64,000 nucleotides of DNA from Octopus sinensis (lineage: Eukaryota), in the NCBI RefSeq assembly GCF_006345805.1, contig NC_043009.1, positions 38,998,001 through 39,062,000 of the forward strand, given 5' to 3'. The notes under the pieces were generated by a model. That model ran no database searches and was not told the origin of the DNA. It saw only the letters and a list, made by a program, of their open reading frames with translations. Position numbers and translations under genes: made by a program. Shown here one piece after another: positions 26,231 to 39,565 of this stretch (positions are counted from its first letter, which is position 1; the number at the start of each line of letters is the position of its first letter).

Positions 26231-26263
<33 letters not shown>

Positions 26264-26267
26264 TATA

Positions 26268-26306
<39 letters not shown>

Positions 26307-26442
26307 AATATATAGACATATATATACACATATGCATACATACACCCAGACACGCACACACACACATATATATATATATGTACGTATACATATACAGGCG
26401 GCGGACAGACATACACGCACACACACACATACACACGCACAC

Positions 26443-26500
<58 letters not shown>
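26060..26500. repeat. Compound (AT)n/(AC)n microsatellite
   Basis: Directly visible. Confidence 0.95.
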
Positions 26501-26894
26501 GTGTATTTGTATACTAACACATTCATACAGATTTACATAAAGAAATTTAAAAAAAAAGATATATAGGTATTGAACTGATGCCAATTCCAGGAATGTGTCG
26601 CAAATGAAATAAAAGACTAAATTTCCCACGATGCAACCGTGTTAATAATGATTTCTGAAGTGATTTACAAATAGGAAAAATAAAAAAAAATGTGTAGGTG
26701 AAATATCTTTTCGATTCAATTTCTCTAGATATTTGACTATTATTTTGTAGTTTTTAGGAAGACAAAAGTCAATAGGAACTCCAGCGAGCGGCGATCGAGC
26801 CGCAGTTTTCGCATGTAATGAATGGAGGTTTATATTTTTCCATGCTCTAGCGATCCAAATATATTTTGAGAGTACAGTAATAATTGTTTATACT

Positions 26895-27120
26895 AGGAGC
26901 ACGTATCCTCAAACTTTAAGGGATGAAGTAAGTCGATCGCATTGCCTCCAGTACTTGGATGATGCATATTTATGTTTTATCATGTCCAAAAGGATGACAC
27001 GCAGTGTCAATCTCGGCGGAATTTGAACTCAGAACATAAAAACGGACATAAAAACGAACATAAAAACGGACGAATTAACGCGGCGCATTGCGTCCGGCAA
27101 GCTATTGATTCTGCTAGCTG
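26895..27120 (-). mobile_element. Decayed family C SINE
   Basis: Contains CTCGGCGGAATTTGAACTCAGAAC shared with 37515-38146; 10-bp ACATAAAAAC unit triplicated. Confidence 0.65.
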
Positions 27121-27139
27121 AATGACTTTGAGCATTTTA

Positions 27140-28372
27140 GTAGGCGTTGATGCTTTTGAAATTCTTGTTTTTTTTTCCTAGGTAATCTCTGATTAAAATT
27201 TCCAGTTATTTTAAGTGCATGAAACCCAGACGTCCATTTCCTAAAGAACTCGGAAGGTCGGGCTCCCAACCTGGCCTAATCGGAGTGAAATTTCGTTCCC
27301 TTGAGATGCTTCTTCAGTTATAGAAAGACATGATAGTCAGAGGAGGCCAAGTCAGGAGATTAATGTAGATAGTCTACCAATTCCATGACATGATCGCGTA
27401 TTTTTCGTGGAGTTTCATGTACTGTGTGTGTTGGAGCATTTTTCTCCAAAAACAGGAACCCATGACTCATATTTCCACGGCGTTTCTACTTTAAAGCTGC
27501 ATGTAGTTCGTCCTATAGATATATTTTGCGTTGATGGTGCGGCACTTTCGCAGGCATTTTATGAGGAGTACTCCGTCTTTGTTCCAGAACACTGAAGCCA
27601 GAATGTTTTCTGCTGACTTCTGGGTCCGAAACTTCCTGGGACATGGCGACTGCTATGGTGCCACTCTATTGATTGCTGCATGATCTGGGAATCATAATTA
27701 TGAAGTTAAGCTTCATCCAATGTGACTAGACGAACCCTAAAATCAGCATCTGACGCTGCAACCCAGTCCAAAGTCGCCTTTGATGCCCTCACTCTGATGC
27801 GCTTCTGGTCTGCGTTCAAACATTTTGGATCCCATTTTACAGAAGGCTTTTCCACATCCAGAATGTTACGTGTCATGTAGCCAACTCTTTTGCGGAAAAT
27901 CCCAAGAGCCTCAGCTATAATTCTAGCTGAAATCCGGCGGTACTTTAAAATTATGACATGCACAACGTCGGCTTTGTTCTCTGAGGTCGCAGAAGTTGGC
28001 TGTTTTGATCGGGGTTCATCTGTGACCTCAAAATGACCAGTTCGAAACCTTGACAGGCAGATTTTCCCTGTGAAGTAAGATGAGTAGCTATTCCTTCACT
28101 AATTCCTTACTCTCTCCGCGTATTCCCTCAGCTCCTTTGCCTTGCAAAAAGAGGAATTTCGTGACCACCCCTGTTTCAAATTTATCCGAAATCCACTGTA
28201 GGAGCTACTGTCATGCGTTAAATCTGCAAAAGAGGGCAAGATGTATTCTAAAAATCATGATTGTTTGCATATTTTCTCCTAAACAGTTGTCATACCTCCT
28301 ACCACAAGGTAACAGCTCTACCTGTTAGCGATACCCTTAAAGGCAGGTTCTTTTTAGCACCCTCTTGTATGC
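27140..28372 (-). mobile_element. Near full-length decayed mariner transposon
   Basis: Minus translation: RRISARIIAEALGI..KWDPKCLNADQKR..LVTLDEA (WVP motif and first D), ILASVFWNKDG, SPDLASSDYH (YSPDLAPxD-like); TIR-like end AAGAGGGTGCTAAAAAGAACCTGCC near 28370. Confidence 0.9.
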
Positions 28373-28974
28373 AGACTAAGTTACCATCTTCTCAAGCTAT
28401 ACCGTTCTATCTTAAAAAATGAAGGAGCTATTAAAATAATATAGTCCATATATCTTGTCTTAAGATAATATGGGACGGACATGGTTGGAACACTCCAAGC
28501 GAATATTTACTTGATTAGGGATAACCTAGTCGAGAAAAAAAACAATGTATACCTGTACCTAAATGGGACACTACACGTTTACATATATAGAGACAAACAT
28601 AGGTGGCAGTTTGTGCGTTGTGAGGAAAAACACAGCCTAGTCCTCCCCAACAGTCATTTTTCCTTACCTGTACATCCATCCATCCATCCATACATACATA
28701 CATACATAAATACATACATACATACATACATACATACATACATGCATACATATGATGAGGGAGCGTCACTCTGGTTTTTAAAACCGCAAATATAACGCAA
28801 GCTTCACTGAGGCTTCTCGTGAAGTGGAGTTGAAACCAGCGTTGGTACAGAAACAATTGTATCTGATCGCTAAAAATGTGTTTAAGTCTTCCTTTATCTT
28901 TTTATTCGGATTATATATGTATGTATGTACGTATGTATGTATGTATGAATGTATATATATCTATACCTATATCT

Positions 28975-28981
28975 ATAGCTA

Positions 28982-29078
<97 letters not shown>

Positions 29079-29095
29079 ATCTATCTATCTATCTA

Positions 29096-29135
<40 letters not shown>
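28975..29135. repeat. (ATCT)n then (AT)n microsatellite
   Basis: Directly visible. Confidence 0.97.
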
Positions 29136-29136
<1 letters not shown>

Positions 29137-29545
29137 CAAGAAGAAAATGGAGGGAATCCAGACGTAGTATTCATCAGCTGTTAGACATTATATTATGTCT
29201 ATTTATTTATTTTAAACAGTTCAAATAATACATAAATACACATGTAAATTACTAGTAATTTCTAGACTAGAAAAAAGAAGAGCAGTTTCTTACAGCTGTT
29301 TCTGTCAAGAGGTCAGAGTACCCCACATGTTATGTGGCAGGCATACCCAAGTACCTTAATTTTATCTTCAGATTACTACAGTACACTGTATGAAACTGCT
29401 CTTCTTTCTTTATTCTACAAATTACTGATACTTTACACATGTATTTATATATAATCTGAACTGTTTAAAATTTATAAATAGACATAATACAATGTCTAAT
29501 AGCTGATGGATAGTACCTCTGGATTCCCTCTATTTTCTTCTTGGC
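29136..29545. repeat. About 150-bp inverted repeat enclosing a hammerhead core (PLE terminal-repeat-like)
   Basis: Arms 29136-29289 and 29392-29545 are reverse complements at roughly 80% by eye; the spacer carries minus-strand CTGAAGA (29371-29365) and GAAAC-AGCT-GTA (29302-29291). Confidence 0.75.
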
Positions 29546-30713
29546 ATATAAATTAAGGGTAAATTAAGGATAAAAACACTTATTACCCTCGCCTAATTAT
29601 TATATTCAAATATGTAATTGCACACAATAACCAACACTTGTGTATTAAATAGGTATTCTACCAGCAGTATATTCGATAGATACTATTCCTTAGTTGGTTG
29701 GATTCACAACCTCTAACTTTCTTTGAACTATATATATATATAAATGTATGCATGTATGTATAGATAGACAGGCTCAGAGATAGATAGATGATTTATTTAT
29801 ATCTATATGTGTGTATTAAGCGTAATTGGAGCAACTTCATTTCAGTTATGCTCCATAACCTTCTTGGAATCGATCAAAAAACATCCTATGTTTCTTTCCC
29901 TCTCCCTTCCTCTTTTCTTCTCTCTTTGTTTATGAATTTAGAATTTAATATTTGTGAAATATGATTCTGGGATCTACTAATCTTGTTTCGTTAAGCTGAT
30001 ACGTAATCAAATTGTTTCCTTTTTAAAATTACATAAAAGTTCAAAGTCTATGGAGTGGTATAAGATAATGAAGCAACTACTGCGTGAAATTACGTTGCTT
30101 GGAGGTGTTCATCATGCAATCTTAGAGATGGCTTACAGAGTAGCTTTAACTATTGAGAGTACAATGACAGAAACAATTATTTGCTGAAATCATGAAACGC
30201 GATATAAGAAGTAAGCTGACATTTAATGCTACATATATGTGTAAATGATTGAAACATTATCGTATTATAACACAGGAGAACACTAATTAATGCTTGGAAA
30301 CGTTACAAGAAATATTTTCGAGGAAGGTGCTTTTCCTATGACTTTTGCAGGTCATTTAATTCCTGGGTCAACAATTATAAGTAGATGTTTTCTGGCCTCA
30401 ATGATAAAGATACTCCAGTTTCTGTGTTAGGTAAATTTTGTTAGGTTAAGGATTGTAGGTCGCCATCGAAGATTCAGTCACAATGAGAGATACAATTTGT
30501 AGTGACCTTTCTCTATATATGTATTGATTACAATGTCTTTATATTGATAAAATACGATTGGAATATACCCGTTGAAGAATATTGTTTGAACTATCTGTCC
30601 GTGAAAGCAGTAGATTTATGAGTGTATATTGTGTTTCTTTTCTCTCTTTGTCCCTCCAATTTAAGATACATTTCATCAACGAGGGGTTACTTTAAATTTT
30701 AAGTTATGCATAC

Positions 30714-30750
<37 letters not shown>

Positions 30751-30764
30751 ACATCTTTGCGTGC

Positions 30765-30801
<37 letters not shown>

Positions 30802-31699
30802 ATTCAAAGGAATTACAACTCTGTTTTTTATGTTTTATTTATATTTTTTGTAATATTAATGTAGAACATAGAATATATAGTATAAATACAATATATAGTA
30901 AAATGAAATTAAGTATTGATTGTCTTATTGAATAGATGGAATATTGAATATCGAATATTAAGGGACTAGTATACTTTCTTGCATTAAAGCAGTTTTCAAG
31001 GTCCCAGTTTGTGACAGGATATGAATACACAGTCTTAATTTTAGTGATAGGGATAAGAGACATGAGACATAGAAAGATGTCAATAATCATTAGCTTTTAA
31101 GAATATGTTTCTTGTATATATTCAAGCTTTAGCAAAAAATGAGATGGTCTTTCGTAACGTTGAAATAGTCATTCCCGTTACATTAACGCATTAAATCAAG
31201 AAACCGATATTAACACTTTACTAAACGACACCATTTTTTTCTATCCATGTCATATTAATGAATAAGTAAAATAAATGAATAAATATAAATAAAACAGCAG
31301 CAACAACAACTGCAACAATAATTGATTATGATGATAATTATGATGATGATGATGACGTTGACCGGTGGGTATTGGGGTTGGATGGTCAATCCCATCGATT
31401 TCGACGTATGAGTGTCTGAAGGAAAGCTTCTACAGAAATAGTAGCTCCATATATTTGTGATGGATGCATAGACACAAATTAAGTCCAGGCATGGATTTTG
31501 CTAAAGTCGCAACTGAGGTTTTGATGAATTTGTTTGGGATTTTACAAATGCGTCTCTTGATTGCACGGTATAATTTTTTTTATCATTATGTTTCTTCATC
31601 ACAAATTAATTCGATGCATCATGACACATTTTACGCCATTCAATCAATCTAGAGAATAACATTCCCAGAATGTTAAATTAAGCTGTTGGGTTTTTAAGT

Positions 31700-32620
31700 G
31701 ATTGTTTCAATTCATCCTTGTACCTTAGCTGGATTCCCTTTTACCTTAGAATCTGTTGTGTGGACGCCCCCAGACGACGAAGTAGGCTAGCCCAGTACGT
31801 AGATATAGAGGGAGAAGTCTAGACGTCGGGAGTTGAGTAGAGGTCATCGGAATGTGCGATATAACAGAATCCATCTACATATTACTAAAATGTTTTTGCA
31901 ATGCGTCTATCATGCAAAATTGGTGCAACATGTCCTCCCAATATGCACTGAATTCTCAGCAGCATGCTTTCAATGCTGAAGATATTCTCAACAGAATGCT
32001 TTCGTTACTGGAGATATTACTCTTTAAAATTTTGGCATTTGCTATCCTACCTTGCCATTTTATTTTTAGATTTTGTGTAGATTACGCATGGGTAAAGGTT
32101 TCAGGTTTCTTTGTATGACTATGGTAGGGAATCTATGCTTCTGCCCAATACAAATGTGTACTCAAAATACCTGATTTGTCTAAACTTATATTAGTTTTCA
32201 AACTGACACCGTGTTCATCCTATAAGCCAATTAAGCAGTTATCTGCGACTGTAATGTAGAAGTAAATGAGTTTGATAACGGATCTCTGTTACATGGTGTT
32301 GATTTTAAGGATATATTTGAACAACATCTCGCAGCAGATGCCCTTATTACGAATCATGACTTTTTCCATTTTGAATAGTAATGAAGGAGGTGAATCTATC
32401 ACACCTTAATTCCATCGATTCTTTTATCGAAGTTCGTTGTTAAAAGCATTCTTTCTCTACCAAGTTCCCGGTGCATAAAGGTCAGCTGATCATATTATTT
32501 TGGAAAGGTCTGCTAAGGTTGTGGGCAGCGTTCCTGATCAGAAATTTCTTGTTTGCTTTCACGGAAAAATACACAAGACTTGATGTTACTGTGCGAAATG
32601 ATATTGACAGTAGACAATTT
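31700..32620 (-). mobile_element. Decayed RTE-like LINE, RT to 3' end
   Basis: Minus: GVIDSPPSLLFKMEKVM (about GVRQGCILSPLLF), TVADNCLI (YADD-like), GRPHNRF (RGRPRKRW-like). Confidence 0.55.
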
Positions 32621-32660
32621 GTCGAAACGGTAAGAATTACCTATTTTGAGTGATTCAGAA

Positions 32661-33063
32661 AGGCGGTGAGTTGGCAGAATCGTTATCACGCCGGGCGAAA
32701 TGTTTACCGGTATTTCGTCTGTCTTTACGTTCTGAGTTCAAATTCCGCCGAGGTTGACTTTACCTTTCATCCTTTCGGGATCGATAAATTAAGTACCAGT
32801 TACGCTCTGGGGTAGATGTAATCGACTTAATTCGTCTGTCTGTCCTTGTTTGACTCCTCTGTGTTTAGCTCCTTGTGGGTAGTAATGAAATAGGTATTTC
32901 GTCTGTCTTTACGTTCTGAGTTCAAATTCCGCCGAGGTTGACTTTGCCTTTCATCGTTTAAGGGTTGATAAATTAAGTACCAGTTGCGTACTGGGGGCGA
33001 TCTCATCGACTGGGGCTCCTCCCCCAAAATTCTGGGCCTTGTGCCTAGAGTAGAAAAGAATAT
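32661..33063 (+). mobile_element. Family C SINE dimer (tRNA-like head, CCTTTCATCCTTTCGGGxTCGATAAATTAAGTACCAG core)
   Basis: Head AGGCGGTGAGTTGGCAGAATCG, B-box GAGTTCAAATTCC; second headless monomer starts at 32893. The core resembles the MetaSINE central domain (from memory, unverified). Confidence 0.85.
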
Positions 33064-33807
33064 TGAGTGATTCAGTAATATGAGAATTAGCCACACACGC
33101 GGCTGCTTCAAATAAATGACAATGAACAGAAAATATAATTATACATCAAGAGAGCTATATAACATTCTGCTAGAGTTCATATCTGCGCATTTTCCAATCC
33201 TTCTGATACATTCTAAGATAAGTGATTGTTTCTCTTAATTCTTAGAAATATACAGATGACTATTCGTAAGATGTAATGAAAACTTGCAATGAAAGCTGAA
33301 GCGGTTCTGTATTAACCTCTGATTGAAATTTTACAAGTAAAGCTGTACATATCTTTATAAAGCATGTCTATGTTTAGATGTCTAAATGGAGCCCCCTAAT
33401 CGTTTGTATGTATTCTTGTAAAACACTTGTTCTCAACCATTTGCAACACTTTTTCACCGATTGGCTTTGCAGAAAACTCTCCCACTTAGATTTCTCCAGC
33501 AACAGATATCTCCGCTTAGATATCTCCATCAATAGGATTTTTATACATAGTTTAGCACAATAATTGAGGAGTGTATTAAACGGCCAGAATAGTTAGATAA
33601 AATACATTGTTTTAAAAAAAACCCTTTTTACATGGGTCAGTGTCTTCTGAAACTGATAAAACCGCATTTTGCAAAAGAATTTTATTCAAAAACATGCTTT
33701 CTTACAGAGGGTTTATTGTACAATTCCTGTTTACTAAAAGCACCCACCTACTATATGTATATTTGATAAAAATTGGTAACATTATTATTATTATTATTAT
33801 TATTATT

Positions 33808-34355
33808 GAGTGAGAGAGCAGAGCATGCCATCAAAGTGACACTGGGGTAAAATATACGAAGCCCAATATACCCATCATGACTACCCGTCTGATAAGGTAC
33901 ACCAGGCACATGCATCAAACCATATGTGCGCGACATGGTGATCTCATATCAAGAAAACAGCACATGACCTTGCAGGTGGGGCCCAGTTAGAATTTTCTTC
34001 AGGTTGAGTAGCCCATCCCGCTCAAACGGTCCCTGAATAAGGGTTGTTAAGGATGTTGAAAGAACCACCCATGTTTCCAGAGGTGAACTATTCAAACCCC
34101 AAAGAATCCCTCTCAACACATGGCTATGATGCTCCCCCACTACTTCTGCTCATGATCAGAGATGCACATATCGTCAGCCACTAAGGGACATGCTCAACTG
34201 TTAAGGTCAAACAACTGACAAGCAAATCTGTGGTATTGAGCAGAATATTGCTGTAGCCCATCTTTTATACCAAGACAAAACAATGTACATGATAACACTT
34301 CCAATCAGTTAAGATCAGAAGCCATGAGAGCCACTGCCTGGTACTGCATCAGGGC
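33808..34355 (-). mobile_element. 548-bp element inserted within a (TAA)n microsatellite
   Basis: Complex GC-richer sequence with (TTA)n on the left (33780-33807) and (TAT)n on the right (34357-34443); no TIRs or LTRs. Confidence 0.7.
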
Positions 34356-34443
<88 letters not shown>

Positions 34444-35059
34444 TAAAACAAATGAACATTGTGTTTATGTTGCCTTCTAGTTTTCAGTATATCTTTGCAG
34501 TCTTAGACATGTACAAAGCAATTAACTGCTGATGTATTTTATATTCTATTTATAATTACATCTTTTGCACAAAGAACCTCGACAGCAGGATAAACGTTAT
34601 GTTTATATTATTATAGACACAAAACCTGCGAATAATAATGACTGTTTTACATTGTGTACAACAGTCGTATACAATCTGGGGACTAGGCTCCTTGAATACT
34701 GATATAATGCATTTTATTATTTACTAGCATGCCGCTCCTGGAGAGATATGTATGTATGAAATTGCAGCGACTAGGATGCATAAATGCATACGGACCAATG
34801 TGTAGTTGCTGCAATTCAAACATATGTTGGTTATTGTTATATATACTGTAGAAAACGTTTTTAATAAAAAAGTTTTGGAAGTGAATGAATCTCCACTCTT
34901 CTTTTTCAGTTATATATATACATGTGTGTGTGTGTGTGCGTGTATGTATATATATATATAATATATATATATATATATACAATATAATAAATAAATAAAA
35001 TATATGCATGTATACATACATATATGTACATACTTACATCTACATGTATATATATACAA

Positions 35060-35089
<30 letters not shown>

Positions 35090-35094
<5 letters not shown>

Positions 35095-35690
35095 TACAGG
35101 ACACCACAATTAAACGTAGAACACAACGAAAACATAAAATCAAACAAGGAAACTGACTTTTTTTAACAACGAAAAAACAGAGTACAGGACAAACAATACA
35201 AGGAAAATTCCCCTTCATCAGCTGCCCCTGTTTCGAAGGTAAGGGCAGAACACGGCCAGGCCGAAGCAATCCTTCCTGCAAAGGGAATTAAATAAAATTA
35301 TTTTGCAGAGGGGTAAAACAAGTGACAAGAACAGGACGTAAAAGCAATACAAATGAAGAAAAACACTAGAAAAAAACAGTACAAATAGGGAATAACAGGA
35401 CAGGGAACCAACAAAAAGAGATTTTTTAGGCCTAGACGGTGGAAAAATTAGTTAGAACGCATATACACATAATGACGACGGTGATTACTAGAAATATAAA
35501 ACCTAAATGGAAAGATTCCGTTGTCACTAATAATGACTTAGGATGCAAGGTAGCAACTACATGACAAGAAACAAGAGTCAAGATCTTCATGGCCACAAAA
35601 GGCACATTTTCTATGTACTGATAAGGGATGTAACTGCCTCAAAGCGAGCAGGGTCACTATACTAGCAAGCTAGTTTCGGGCGATGATGGG
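35090..35690 (-). mobile_element. Probable Penelope-like terminal-repeat fragment with hammerhead half-cores
   Basis: Minus GAAAC-TAGCTTGCTA-GTA (35677-35660, stem III hairpin plus GUA) and GAAAC..CTGATGA (35234-35215); truncated by the SINE above. Confidence 0.5.
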
Positions 35691-35741
35691 TGTACAAACA
35701 CAGATGCACACATATATACACGCACAACACACACACATATA

Positions 35742-35899
35742 CGGCAGCTTCTTTCAGTTTTTGTCAACCAAATCCAGTCACAAGTCTTTGGTTGCCCCGA
35801 GGCTATAGTAGAAGATACTTGCCCAAGATGCCATACAGTGGGACTGAACCGAGAACTATGTGGTTAAGAAGCAAGTTCCTTACCACGCAGCCACACCTG
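35742..35899 (-). mobile_element. Family A SINE, 5' part
   Basis: Homologous to the head of 23715-24127. Confidence 0.85.
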
Positions 35900-36019
35900 T
35901 ATAGATACACAAAACGTATGTGTATATATATATAAATACATACATGTATACATATACATATATATATGTGTGTGTGCGTGTGTGCATTCTCCGTCTTTGT
36001 GTCTCACTTAGTATATACA

Positions 36020-36421
<402 letters not shown>

Positions 36422-37084
36422 AGAACAAGTGAAAAATGCTAATTGGATTCAACGACATATTCTAGCTTTTGAAAATATACCATGTTTATATCAAATAATG
36501 GGATACGCTTCGGATAATTAAAAGATGTAAACCTGAACACTATAGATTTTTATTTTGGGACAGATAATCAAAGAGCGAATTGCAGATTCAGAAGAATGAC
36601 CGGTTACATTGACACGAATCTCGGAAGTGAACTCATTTGATATTTTGTATTCGTAACATTTTAGTTTCTAATACAAAATATCAAACGGATTTGACGGAGG
36701 AATACTCAGTGTCGATGGAACTCTATCATCGATCACGCTTTAGTTAACTAATGCGTGATAAGTGCACTTAAGTGCACTTATCACTTGACTAAAAGCCAAC
36801 TTAACCCTTTTACTGCGGAAATCAGAAATATCTACCTCAAGTTTCGTTGTTCTTAACTTTGAAAATCAGTTTTATATACCCATCTATCTTTGCTGAGGTA
36901 TGTCATGTTTGAAAATAGCTTTTGTTGGAGTATGTCAGTATCATGCGGCAATGTGAAAATGCCAATTCCATATACTTTTTATACTTCAGCAATACGGATT
37001 CTATACTTTGCTGGATAATTCAAGTAATACGTGAATATACGTGAAACTAAATTACACAGTTAAATGGTTAATATTTATGGAATT

Positions 37085-37285
37085 TGGCGGATCATTACCA
37101 CGCCGAGCAAAAGCTTAGATGCATTTCTTCCGTCGTCACACTCTAGGCTCAAATTCCGCTGAAGCTGAAATTGCTTTTCATCCTTCCGGGGTTGATAAAA
37201 TAAGTGCCAGTTGAACACTGGGGTTGATGCAATTAACATACACGTTCCACAAAAATTGCTGGCCTTGTACCAAAATTTGAAACCA
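37085..37285 (+). mobile_element. Decayed family C SINE
   Basis: TTCATCCTTCCGGGGTTGATAAAATAAGTGCCAG core and ..GGCCTTGTACCAAAATTTGAAACC tail. Confidence 0.7.
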
Positions 37286-37514
37286 TCATTTATGAAAGTA
37301 AGATTACTTGTGTGGATCTCGAAATATATCGTTACGAAGTGGTACGAATTGTGAGCACGTAACAGATTGCAGCTATAGCGCATGAACGTAACGCTGTAAA
37401 ATTCACTGGAAACTTTTGCGTTACTTTCGTCATATTTTACTCACTTGAATTCTAAATAATATCAAATGAAGATTTTGAAAGTATAAACATGTGAACTGAT
37501 TACGGTATTGGTTG

Positions 37515-38146
37515 AGTAATCTTATTTCTTTATCGCCCACAGGGGGCTAAACATAGAGGGGACAAGAAAGGACAGACAAGGAGGTTAAGTCGATTACATC
37601 GACCCCAGTGATTAACTGGTACTTATTTTATCGACCCCGAAAGGAGGAAGGGCAAAGTCGACCTCGGCGGAATTTCAACTCAGTACGTAATGGCAGACGA
37701 AATACCTATTTCTTTACTACCCACAAGGGGCTAAACACAGAGAGGACAAACGAGGACAGACAAACGGATTAAGTCTATTATATCGACTCCAGTGTATAAC
37801 TGGTACTTATTTAATCGCCCCGAAAGGATGAAAGGCAAAGTCGACCTCGGCGGAATTTGAACTCAGAACGTAACGGCAGACGAAATACCGTTCAGCATTT
37901 CGCCCGACGTGCTAACGTTTCTGCCAGCTCGCCGCCTTCTATTTATTTACTACCCGCAAGGGGCTAAACATAGAGAGGACAAACAAGGACTGACAAACGG
38001 ATTAAGTCGATTACATCGACCCCAGTGCGTAACTGGTACTTAATTTATCGACCTCGAAAGGATGAAAGGCAAAGTCGACCTCGGCGGAATTTGAACTCAG
38101 AGCGTAACGGCAGACGAAATACCGCTAGGCATTTCGCCCGGTGTGT
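37515..38146 (-). mobile_element. Tandem trimer of family C SINE units
   Basis: Three units of about 185-230 bp (37515-37706, 37707-37940, 37941-38146) sharing GGCAAAGTCGACCTCGGCGGAATTT.AACTCAG. Confidence 0.92.
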
Positions 38147-39144
38147 AGAATGAAATCGTCACCAAATACCAAATGCATCTCGCTTTCGGAATGCTTTGTA
38201 TCCTACACATTACAAAAGCAACCTTCGCTGTAAAGCTGTTTCCAAACGTGACATATATTCACCTACACTTAATGAGAAAAGAAATGCTGAACTCAGGTGT
38301 ATCACGAGAATTGAATTTGCGTGTTGTAATTTCAACATGGTTTGTTAAAAATTTAAGTTGAGAAAAGGACGCAATAAGAAATAACATTATTTGTGTTGTG
38401 AATTCATTATCTACATCCAATAATCATTGCTTATTTTATAATTAATTATTTATCTTACCTTTCGTTTGTGTTACAAAAGATTGCATGAAAAAAGAAAGGA
38501 AAATATATTTTACTTAATCTTGTTAGGGCACATGTGGTCAAAGAGAAACCGTTACGACTAATACATACACAGTTCCGTGATATCAGTTACAAACAAACTC
38601 GGTAAATATTAATGATTTATTGGCTGAAGTAATTTACATATAATGTGAAATCAGAATTAATAGTCTCTGTTGATGGCCTGAGTCGGAAATAAGTAGTTCT
38701 TATGAGAATTTATAGAAAGTTTTGATAACTAAAATCGGTGCGAATGCCCTGGTGTTTCGCACTGCTAGTCCGCGTTTCAGAGTATAGAAAATAGCTGAAA
38801 GTGGGTTGTTGCTTCAGTTGAAAGCAATCAAATAATAAAGGAATTAAGGTGATAAGTAACTTTAGGAATGGTAGGGGAATGAGGAGATAGGATCCGGCCG
38901 AAGTGATTTAAAAAAGTACAATGAGGAGATGAATGGAAGTAAAATTAGACAGGAACGAAAGCTCTGATGCTTCCAATATAGTAAAGGTAGTGTTCTGTTA
39001 AAAAGGGAAAGTAGGAATAGTGATGAATAAAATAAAAAAATCAAGAAACGAAACAGAGATAATCTACCCAGAAGTTTAGTTAAAATGAAAGATAAACCAA
39101 ATTCTATTTGTGTGAGAGGCGCCTCTTATACATTCTAAAGTTAT

Positions 39145-39565
39145 CTTCTTCTTTTATCTTTTATCTTTTACTTGTTTCAGTCATTTGACAGTGCCCATGC
39201 TGGAGCACCGCCTTTAGTCGAGCAAATCGACCCCGGGACTTATTCTTTGTAAGCCCAGTACTTATTCTATCGGTCTCTTTTGCCGAACCGCTAGTGACGG
39301 GGACGTAAACACACCAGCATCGGTTGTCAAGCAATGCTAGGGGGACAAACACACAAACACACACACATACACACACACATATACATATATATATATATAT
39401 ACGACAGGCTTCTTTCAGTTTCCGTCTACCAAATCCACTCACAAGGCATTGGTCGGCCCGGGGCTATAGCAGAAGACACTTGCCCAAGATGCCACGCAGT
39501 GGGACTGAACCCGGAGCCATGTGGCTGGTTAGCAAGCTACTTACCACACAGCCACTCCTGCGCCT
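39145..39565 (-). mobile_element. Family A SINE, full length
   Basis: Near-identical to 23715-24127. Confidence 0.93.

Noticed and set aside
30351-30430. Exon-like segment with good acceptor and donor
   Set aside because: All three frames contain a stop; only usable as a UTR or first-coding exon (MFSGLNDKDTPVSVL), unsupported.
38170-38330. CUB-like YPTHYKSNLRC motif, with VRFVLFDV at about 46340
   Set aside because: Short motif resemblance only; lacks the conserved W and flanking splice support, and nearby stops are present.
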